A stretch of 64,000 nt of DNA from Pseudomonadota bacterium (GTDB lineage Bacteria > Pseudomonadota > Alphaproteobacteria > Micavibrionales > CSBR16-224), in assembly GCA_013285465.1 (NCBI GenBank), contig CP053449.1:1445540-1509539 (forward strand), read 5' to 3'. A program made the position numbers and the translations under genes. Position 1 is the first letter of the stretch, and every line of letters starts with the position of its first letter. Below are positions 8,924-16,003 of this stretch, piece by piece. Under the pieces are notes generated by a model, which worked only from the letters and a program-made list of their open reading frames with translations, ran no database searches and was not told the DNA's origin.

Positions 8924-10178
8924 GGCGCAGCGCCTCCACAGGGTCAAGCCGTGCGGCTTTCCATGCCGGATAAATCGTCGCCGCCAGCGACAAAACCAGT
9001 GCCATCAGCACAATCGCGACAATTTCCCCCCGCTCTATTTTCGAGGGCAATTGCGACAGGAAATAGATTTCATCGGCAAACAGCTCGGTGCCCGTGAAAC
9101 CCTCCAGCCATTTGCGGATCGATTCAATATTTGCGGCAATCAAAATCCCCAGCGTTGCGCCCAGAACCGTTCCCAGCACGCCGACTGCCGCGCCGGTATA
9201 AAAAAAGACCCGGATAATCATGCCGCGCGTTGCACCCATTGTGCGCAAAATCGCAATATCACGCCCCTTTTCCTTTACCAGCATGATCAGACTGGAAATA
9301 ATATTAAAGGCCGCGACCAGAATAATCAGCGTCAAAATCAGGAACATCACATTGCGTTCGACCTTCAGCGCTGTATAGAAGCTGGCATTATTATCGCGCC
9401 AGTCGCTTATCCTTGCGTCCAGCGGTTGCGCAACACGTTCTGCCGCCGCACGGATCGTATCTATATCCGTTGCATCGGTTGTCATCACTTCCAGCCCGGA
9501 AACGCTGTCGCCGCGGCGGTAGAATTTCTGCGCGATTTCAAGCGGCATAAAGACAAAATTGGCGTTATATTCATACATGCCGACATCAAAAATCGTACCA
9601 ATCGTGAATTTCCGCGCCGTCGGAATGGTCCCGAACGGGCTGGCACGCCCTTGCGGTGCGACAAGACGGATATCACTACCAATGCCGAGTGCAAAACGGT
9701 CCGCCATAACTTTCCCGATGGCAATTTTATCCTCACCGAAAGGCAAGGTATCATCCTGTACCAGAATACCGTCCGACAGGATCGGCTTGCGGGCAAAATC
9801 AGCCGGCAGAATACCGCGCACAACCACACCGCTGGCCGCACTGTTGCCTTGACCGACACTCATCAATGCCTGCCCCTCAATCACCGGCATCACACTGGTA
9901 ATACCTTCAACACCCGTTTCCAGCGCTTTCTGCAAGGCATCATAATCCGATAACCCGCGATACTGCGCATCATGCACCATCATATGGCCGTTCAGCCCCA
10001 GAATACGGGTCACCAGATCCTCGCGAAAGCCGTTCATCACCGACATCACGACAATCAGCGCGGCAACGCCGATCATAATACCCAGCAACGAGAAAACCGC
10101 TGTCACCGAGATCATACGCTCGCGGCGGCGGGCGCTGAAATAGCGCATGGCGACCATTTTTTCAAAAGCCTGCGGCAT
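8916..10178 (-). CDS. lolC: lipoprotein-releasing system permease, LolC/LolE family
   Basis: FtsX/MacB-type permease upstream of lolD. The start is probably ATG 10178 (MPQAFEKMVAMRYFSARRRE). The track's longer ORF uses TTG at 10208. Confidence 0.88.
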   Translation of the reverse strand: MPQAFEKMVAMRYFSARRRERMISVTAVFSLLGIMIGVAALIVVMSVMNGFREDLVTRILGLNGHMMVHDAQYRGLSDYDALQKALETGVEGITSVMPVIEGQALMSVGQGNSAASGVVVRGILPADFARKPILSDGILVQDDTLPFGEDKIAIGKVMADRFALGIGSDIRLVAPQGRASPFGTIPTARKFTIGTIFDVGMYEYNANFVFMPLEIAQKFYRRGDSVSGLEVMTTDATDIDTIRAAAERVAQPLDARISDWRDNNASFYTALKVERNVMFLILTLIILVAAFNIISSLIMLVKEKGRDIAILRTMGATRGMIIRVFFYTGAAVGVLGTVLGATLGILIAANIESIRKWLEGFTGTELFADEIYFLSQLPSKIERGEIVAIVLMALVLSLAATIYPAWKAARLDPVEALRHE

Positions 10179-10264
10179 CGTGGAAAACTGCTCCAAAAAC
10201 GGGTTCAATTAAGTGCCCCACATTGGCGCAGGCATGGCTTTTTGTCAAGGAGATGCGGGGGAGA

Positions 10265-10714
10265 TTATCCGCGCCCGCGTTTCAGATATTGGCGCAAGGT
10301 TTGATGGCGGTTATCGGCGGTTTGCCGTGCTTCCTCCAGTTTGGGGACATCCGCGGCGCGCACCAGCTCGGCGGGATATTCACGCATAAACATACGAATC
10401 CAGTCGCCCTGTTCTTCAAAGCCCTTCTGAATTCCCGCCCCGTTCAGCGTTGTATGGTCAAACGCGATTTCGCCCTGCCACAGAACCTCTTTTCTGGACG
10501 CATCGTTGAAAACCGTCAGCATATCGCCCTTTTCCAGCGCAATCAGCCCGTCCATACTGCGCTGCCCGTCCGGCCGCTCATATGTTGTATCATAAACAGC
10601 CCAGATGGAATGTGTCATGCCCTGCTCGCAAAAAGCCTCCAGCAGCCCCTCCACAACGGGAACGCCGTATTTTTTCAACGATGTCGGTTTTTTTGATGCT
10701 GTCATAGTCTGCAT
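10265..10714 (-). CDS. hypothetical protein carrying the RHxxLRxYLxRG C-terminal tail (no ANK repeats)
   Basis: 149-aa ORF with ATG start and no recognisable domain. Ends ...ADNRHQTLRQYLKRGRG, the same tail seen on four ANK proteins. Confidence 0.65.
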   Translation of the reverse strand: MQTMTASKKPTSLKKYGVPVVEGLLEAFCEQGMTHSIWAVYDTTYERPDGQRSMDGLIALEKGDMLTVFNDASRKEVLWQGEIAFDHTTLNGAGIQKGFEEQGDWIRMFMREYPAELVRAADVPKLEEARQTADNRHQTLRQYLKRGRG

Positions 10715-10738
10715 CTTACCGCAAACATATATATTATG

Positions 10739-12226
10739 TCAATAAGCTTTACCGACGATAACTTTTTTGCCGTCATCTGCGAAGGGCAGACAGCGCGGCG
10801 TGACGGAAAATTCCTGCATCAGTTTTTCAAACGCCTCTTCCTGCAGGAAGGCGGCATCAAAGCGCACCTGACCGATGCTGTCTTTGGCGGCAAAGAACTG
10901 ATGCGCCTCGTCCAGCGTTTTCACGTCATGTACCATGCTTTCCGTGCGTTTCAGTGCCTGCTGATACATGCCGGTCTGCATCTCGTCCAGAATAGTTGTG
11001 ATTTTGTTGCAGAAGGCATCGACGCTTTCCGTGGTTTTGCTGTCACGTCCGATATCGCGGCGGGTATGGGTGATATTGCCCTCTTCCATTTCGCGGCGGC
11101 CGATTTCAACACGCACGGGCACACCCTGTTTGATAGAACCCCATAATTTGTCCGGTGTTTTTTTGTCGCTGGCATCCAGATCAACGCGAATGCTTTGATT
11201 TTTCAAACGGCGCGCCAATGTTTCCGCATAATCCAGAATTTTGGCGCGGTCGGCATCATCATGGATAATCGGAATAATAATGACATGATGCGGCGCGACT
11301 TTCGGCGGCATGCGCATACCGTCATCATCGCCATGGGTCATAATCAATCCGCCGATCATGCGTGAAGACATGCCCCATGAGGTCGTCCATGCAAATTCCT
11401 CCCCGCCTTCGGCTGATTGATAGCGGATATTGGCGGAGCGGGAGAATGTTTGCCCCAGATCATGCGAGGTACCGCTTTGCAGCGCCTTGCCGTCTTGCAG
11501 CACAGCCTCGATCGTATAGGTCGCCGATGCGCCGGGGAAGCGTTCCTCCGGCGTTTTCTCGCCTTCAAAGACGGGAATTGCCATGACATTACGGGAAAAT
11601 TCGGCATAGACTTCCAGCATACGGCGGGCATCGGCATTGGCTTCCTCAGCTGTCGCAAAGGCATTATGCCCTTCCTGCCACAGGAATTCCGCCGTGCGCA
11701 GGAACAGACGCGGACGCATTTCCCAGCGCATCACATTCGCCCATTGGTTCAGTTTCAGCGGCAGGTCGCGATAGGAATTGACCCATTTGGCAATGGTTTC
11801 ACCGATAATGGTTTCCGAGGTCGGGCGGATAATCATCGGCTCCGCCAGTTCGCCGGCGGGGACAAGCCCCTTACCATCGGGCGCGGCTTCCAGACGGTGA
11901 TGGGTCACGACCGCGCATTCCTTGGCAAAACCGTCAATATGCTCCGCCTCTTTCGCGATATAGCTCAGCGGAATCAGCAGCGGGAAATAGGCATTTTTTA
12001 CGCCTTCATTCTTGATGCGGTCATCCAGTTCGCGCTGGAACAGCTCCCACACCGCATAACCATAAGGTTTGATAATCATACAGCCGCGCACCGGCGCATT
12101 TTCAGCCATATCCGCCGCTTTGATGACATTCTGATACCATTCGGGGAAGTTTTCCTCCCGCGTCGGGGTGACGGCAGTTTTAACTTTCTTCTGGCTGCCT
12201 TGCTTTTGCGCCGTTTGTGCTGTCAT
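10739..12226 (-). CDS. proS: proline--tRNA ligase, archaeal/eukaryote-like type
   Basis: 495-aa ORF. N-terminal REENFPEWYQNVIKAADM...VRGCMIIKPYGYAVWE, class II motifs (IRPTSET, FLRTAEFLWQEGH, GTSHDLGQ) and a C-terminal Tyr (..VGKAY) resemble the eukaryotic/archaeal ProRS architecture. Confidence 0.93.
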   Translation of the reverse strand: MTAQTAQKQGSQKKVKTAVTPTREENFPEWYQNVIKAADMAENAPVRGCMIIKPYGYAVWELFQRELDDRIKNEGVKNAYFPLLIPLSYIAKEAEHIDGFAKECAVVTHHRLEAAPDGKGLVPAGELAEPMIIRPTSETIIGETIAKWVNSYRDLPLKLNQWANVMRWEMRPRLFLRTAEFLWQEGHNAFATAEEANADARRMLEVYAEFSRNVMAIPVFEGEKTPEERFPGASATYTIEAVLQDGKALQSGTSHDLGQTFSRSANIRYQSAEGGEEFAWTTSWGMSSRMIGGLIMTHGDDDGMRMPPKVAPHHVIIIPIIHDDADRAKILDYAETLARRLKNQSIRVDLDASDKKTPDKLWGSIKQGVPVRVEIGRREMEEGNITHTRRDIGRDSKTTESVDAFCNKITTILDEMQTGMYQQALKRTESMVHDVKTLDEAHQFFAAKDSIGQVRFDAAFLQEEAFEKLMQEFSVTPRCLPFADDGKKVIVGKAY

Positions 12227-12247
12227 GTCTGTTACCCTTTTCGGTTT

Positions 12248-12727
12248 TTATTTATGTATATCTTTATACGCGCTGCCGGTGCTGTTATCCAGCGTTTTTT
12301 CCCGCTTTTCCGCGCAGAATGCCCGCAGCATTTCCTGCCCTTCGCCGGAAAGCGCCTGCCCGTTCACCAGCACGCGCCCGTCTTCAATGCGCATCGGAAT
12401 GGGTTTGGTTTCCATTTGCACTCCCTGCGGTCTGGCAATACCAAGATAATCGGCCAGATCAATGCTCAGCGCAAATTCCATCGGCACATCCAGCACCGCC
12501 GCAGACGGATCGACATCCGCACCGACAACAGGTCTGCCATGCACATCAACGCCCGGCTGATAGGGCACATCCGCTGCCGGTTCATGGACAATGTAGAAAC
12601 GGCAGAAGGCTTGCAGATCGTTCGGCTCCGTTGCTTTCACCGTCTCCGGTTCTCCCGCCAGAACCTTCAGACACAGCATCATAAACATCACAACAGCCAG
12701 CGGATACAACATGTAATATTTGATCAT
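12248..12727 (-). CDS. hypothetical exported protein
   Basis: 159-aa ORF with an N-terminal hydrophobic signal-like segment (YPLAVVMFMMLCLKVLAG). Its ATGA overlaps the upstream DUF1467 gene. Confidence 0.6.
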   Translation of the reverse strand: MIKYYMLYPLAVVMFMMLCLKVLAGEPETVKATEPNDLQAFCRFYIVHEPAADVPYQPGVDVHGRPVVGADVDPSAAVLDVPMEFALSIDLADYLGIARPQGVQMETKPIPMRIEDGRVLVNGQALSGEGQEMLRAFCAEKREKTLDNSTGSAYKDIHK

Positions 12728-12966
12728 CCGAACATCTCCAAAAAAGACAGGTCGAAAATTTCAATGACCGCATACAGAACGGCCCAAACGACAAAGGCCA
12801 GCCCCGTTGTCAGAATAAATTTGCGTTTCAAATTCGGAACAGCAGGTGCGCCGCGGTCATGCCCGTGTTCCGGCGTATCCGGCGTGTGTGCGCCCAGCGG
12901 CAGAACGGTGAAGAGCATCACCCACCAGATCAGCAAATATGTCGCAATCCCTGTAAACCAATCCAT
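12724..12966 (-). CDS. DUF1467 family small membrane protein
   Basis: 80-aa ORF with two TM segments. The pattern IATYLLIWWVMLFTVLPLG...APAVPNLKRKFILTT matches the alphaproteobacterial DUF1467 family. Confidence 0.78.
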   Translation of the reverse strand: MDWFTGIATYLLIWWVMLFTVLPLGAHTPDTPEHGHDRGAPAVPNLKRKFILTTGLAFVVWAVLYAVIEIFDLSFLEMFG

Positions 12967-12990
12967 CGCCGCGCCGCCTTATCTACTTTA

Positions 12991-13019
12991 TTGACACATT
13001 ATGCAAAATATGCTACAAA
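12991..13019 (+). promoter_or_regulatory. sigma70-type promoter candidate for the ANK pair
   Basis: TTGACA (12991..12996), a 17-nt spacer, then TACAAA (13014..13019). Confidence 0.4.
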
Positions 13020-13054
13020 TTTCGCTTACCATTCTTTACCAAAGAGGCAGCGGA

Positions 13055-13756
13055 ATGTCATCCAGTTTGGGCGAAAAACTCATAAATACTGTGGAGAACG
13101 GCGATTTAGACGGCGTGCGCGACCTTGTGTTGAACCATAACGCCCCCGTCAATTACGCCAATGACGGCTGGACACCGCTGATCAAAGCCGCCAGCCGCGG
13201 ATATATGGAGATGGTCCGCTTTCTTATCGAACATGATGCGGATCCCAATCTGCGATCCGGCGACCAGTGGACGCCCCTTTGGGGCGCAATTTCTTCGGAT
13301 CATGACAATCTGGAGGTCGTGGAATATCTGCTGGACAACGGCGCCAATCCGCTCATCACCACAAAAGGAAAAACACCGGAAGCCTATGCGGCGGAAAAGA
13401 ACAAACGCCTCGTCGTCATGGCTTTGAATGAAAGCCTGCGCTGGCAAAAGCTTGGGCCGCACCGTATCCAGAACCACAGTATCGAACCGCTGTTTGAAGT
13501 CACCCGCATTTTCAATTTTAAATCCATGAATGTGATGACGGTTATACAAGACCGTGACCATAAAACGATGAGCCATAGCGAAATGCATTTCTCCAACCCT
13601 GCCGTTGATCTTGAACTTCTACGGGAAGCCAAGGTAGAACTGCTGGAGCGTGGCGGTACACTTGATGACCGCGCCGTCAATGATGCGCTGATCAATTCAC
13701 GTCATGGCCGCCGTTTGCACAATATCTCCCGCCGCGAGGCCAAAAATGGCCGATAA
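13055..13756 (+). CDS. ankyrin-repeat protein with uncharacterised C-terminal module (pair 1, copy a)
   Basis: ORF 13001..13756 trimmed to ATG 13055 (AGAGG SD; MSSSLGEKL). ANK consensus present (DGWTPLIKAASRGYMEMVRFLIEHDADPN, DQWTPL...). C-terminal module ...VTRIFNFKSMNVMTVIQ.... Tail ..RHGRRLHNISRREAKNGR. Confidence 0.85.
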   Translation: MSSSLGEKLINTVENGDLDGVRDLVLNHNAPVNYANDGWTPLIKAASRGYMEMVRFLIEHDADPNLRSGDQWTPLWGAISSDHDNLEVVEYLLDNGANPLITTKGKTPEAYAAEKNKRLVVMALNESLRWQKLGPHRIQNHSIEPLFEVTRIFNFKSMNVMTVIQDRDHKTMSHSEMHFSNPAVDLELLREAKVELLERGGTLDDRAVNDALINSRHGRRLHNISRREAKNGR

Positions 13757-14429
13757 TGCTTATACCGAAGCCTGTAAAAACGGCAATCTGGAGCTTGTCC
13801 GCCGTTATATTCAGGAGGAAGGATGCAGCCCGGATGATTGCGATTCCAAATACTGGACACCGCTGGTCGCCGCTGCCTATCACGGTCATGATGATCTGGT
13901 GGTGTTTTTAATTCAACAAGGTGCCGATCTGAACACGCGTGATGAGAATGACGGCTGGACACCCTTGATTTCCGCCTCCTATAAAGGGCACAGTAAAATC
14001 GTCGAAACGCTTCTTGAACAGGGCGCGGATCAATATCTGCGTGATAAAAAAGGCCGCAATGCCGCCGATCTTGCTGAAAAAGAAGGCCACAGCCGTATCG
14101 GCTTGTTGTTGAAGGCCGCCCGCAAATGGCGGGTTTTGTCCGATGAAAAAATCCAGCATTTCAGTCTGGACGGTGATTTAAGCGTCACCCGCACCTTCAA
14201 TTTCCGCGCCATGAATGTGATGACGGTTGTCAGCAACACGGCAGACAAACTGCAAAGCCATCAGGAAAATGCTTTTTGCGATCCGTCCGTCGATTACGGT
14301 TTACTGCTGGAGGCCAAAGAGGAATTCCTGAAAACAGGCAAAAAAATCGATGAAAGCACTTTCAGTACGGCACTGAAATACCCGCTAAAAACCCGCCCTT
14401 CCCGTACAATTTCCCGCCGAAAAAACTAA
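13746..14429 (+). CDS. ankyrin-repeat protein with uncharacterised C-terminal module (pair 1, copy b)
   Basis: Start ATG 13746 (MADNAYTEACKNGNLELV) overlaps the upstream stop by 11 nt. ANK repeats present (YWTPLVAAAYHGHDDLVVFLIQQGADLN, DGWTPLISASYKGHSKIVETLLEQGAD). C-terminal ..VTRTFNFRAMNVMTVVS... Tail ..SRTISRRKN. Confidence 0.85.
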   Translation: MADNAYTEACKNGNLELVRRYIQEEGCSPDDCDSKYWTPLVAAAYHGHDDLVVFLIQQGADLNTRDENDGWTPLISASYKGHSKIVETLLEQGADQYLRDKKGRNAADLAEKEGHSRIGLLLKAARKWRVLSDEKIQHFSLDGDLSVTRTFNFRAMNVMTVVSNTADKLQSHQENAFCDPSVDYGLLLEAKEEFLKTGKKIDESTFSTALKYPLKTRPSRTISRRKN

Positions 14430-14437
14430 TTTCAGAC

Positions 14438-14467
14438 AAAAAAAGGGCCGCGGCAATGCCGCAGCCC
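14438..14467 (-). terminator. intrinsic terminator downstream of the serpin gene
   Basis: GC-rich 10-bp stem with one mismatch (GGGCCGCGGC/GCCGCAGCCC, 14445..14467). On the minus strand it is followed by a 7-T run (plus-strand A run 14438..14444). Confidence 0.7.
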
Positions 14468-14493
14468 GGGAATTATAGGTCAGGCCTCTTGTC

Positions 14494-15864
14494 TTAACGT
14501 TTCGGGCCTTTTGCAGCCGCTTTCGGCTTCATATCGTTATTCGGTTTGTTTACCGCACCGGCAAACAGAACCGTACCTGTTTTGATGTCTTGCAATGCGA
14601 AGGCAAAAGAACGGTCAAATTTGATGTCAATCCGTTTCGGCGGCATCTGGATGGATGTCGCGCGGATCACGCCGATTGTCGTCACGGCGGCGGCTTCACT
14701 GCCTTCCTCATCGGTTTTGAACACAACATCATGCGTGACTTTGTTCACGGCCAGCTGTTCATTCTTTTCTTCAATCATGGCTTTCAGATCCGCACGGTCT
14801 TCGTCAAACACCGTGTTGATGCCCATTTCTTTCAGAACGGGGATCAGATCATGTTTTTGCTTGATATCCATATGCGGCAGCTCGACCTGACCGATCACGC
14901 GTTCAAACGCATTCGGGTCGGTCCATGCCGGAACCTGGCCATCGGCCTGATCGGACAGCCAGTCGCGTGCGGCATTGCTGTCATCTTTCGGGCGCATCAG
15001 CACCAGACGCATGGTCGGCTCTTTGCCTTCCTTATAGTCCTGCTCACCATAAGTCATGGCAACGGCTTCGTAATCGCCGCCGTCAAGATAGGTGATGTCG
15101 CCTTTTTCGCTGAAGTTTTGCTGCATCATCGGCGTATCCGAGATTGCACCGTCATCCGTTGTAAAGCCGCGATCTTCGGTCAGTGCCTTGTCGAATTTCT
15201 TCGTCCAGTCACCTTTAAAGTAAAGGGCGGAGGCCAGGATGGCGTAATCATCTTTTGTCAGTTTCTCAACGATATTGTCGATCAAACCATTGGTGTTATC
15301 GGATGCCCATTTGTTGATTTTCGCCGGAACCGTGGGGTCGGAAAAACGCTCGCCGTTGATTTCCGCATCGAAGATGTTTTTCAGATCGGCAGCGTAATTG
15401 CCGTTCAATGTCAGAATGTCATCATTCGTCCAGATACCGTTTGCGGTTTTCAGCGTCACTTGCTCTTTATTCGCATCCAGAATTTCCGTGTTTAGCGCAG
15501 CCAGTTTGTCAATTTCAGCGTCCATCGCAGCGGCATCGGTGCCGAACAGCGTTTGCGCCAGCTCTTCCTTGGTCTGACCATTGGCAGCTTTGGACAGCAT
15601 TGATAAAGCCGTCGTTGCGTTATAGGACGACAAAACGAGATTGTCGGATTTGTCATCCTGATGTTTTGCGGCGGCTTTTGCAAAAACCAGCGCCAACTTG
15701 TTCAGCGTGTTGACTTCCGGCTTATATTGGCGGCCGGCCTCATGTTGCGGTTGTCCTTGTCTTGAATCGCGGGGCATTGCGTATCCTTCCTGAATATTCA
15801 AATGAATTGTCAAAATGCTTATAACGGCGCCAAGCGCCAGAATCATGCGTAATTTTCCGGTCAT
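14494..15864 (-). CDS. secreted serpin-family serine protease inhibitor
   Basis: Serpin hallmarks: NLVLSSYNATTALSMLSKAANGQTKEEL, the hinge/RCL EEGSEAAAVTTIGVIRATS, and C-terminal FDRSFAFALQDIKTGTVLFAGAVNKP. The N-terminus is signal-peptide-like (MTGKLRMILALGAVISILT). Start ATG 15864 is preferred; the track uses GTG 15876. Confidence 0.9.
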   Translation of the reverse strand: MTGKLRMILALGAVISILTIHLNIQEGYAMPRDSRQGQPQHEAGRQYKPEVNTLNKLALVFAKAAAKHQDDKSDNLVLSSYNATTALSMLSKAANGQTKEELAQTLFGTDAAAMDAEIDKLAALNTEILDANKEQVTLKTANGIWTNDDILTLNGNYAADLKNIFDAEINGERFSDPTVPAKINKWASDNTNGLIDNIVEKLTKDDYAILASALYFKGDWTKKFDKALTEDRGFTTDDGAISDTPMMQQNFSEKGDITYLDGGDYEAVAMTYGEQDYKEGKEPTMRLVLMRPKDDSNAARDWLSDQADGQVPAWTDPNAFERVIGQVELPHMDIKQKHDLIPVLKEMGINTVFDEDRADLKAMIEEKNEQLAVNKVTHDVVFKTDEEGSEAAAVTTIGVIRATSIQMPPKRIDIKFDRSFAFALQDIKTGTVLFAGAVNKPNNDMKPKAAAKGPKR

Positions 15865-16003
15865 GGCTTTATTCACCTTTCATGCCGAGCGGTAGCAATA
15901 ACATGTTTACGAAATACAAGTCAATACGCTCTTGCTGATTGAGGTAACTGTGCTATATTTCCTAGTGTTAGAACGCTTTCTAGATAGGTATGGACGGTAA
16001 AAA

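Noticed and set aside
8754-12994. Long plus-strand ORFs 8754..9953 (399 aa) and 11417..12994 (525 aa) antisense to lolC, proS and downstream genes
   Set aside because: They span several well-supported minus-strand genes and their intergenic gaps. They are low-complexity and therefore not credible coding regions.
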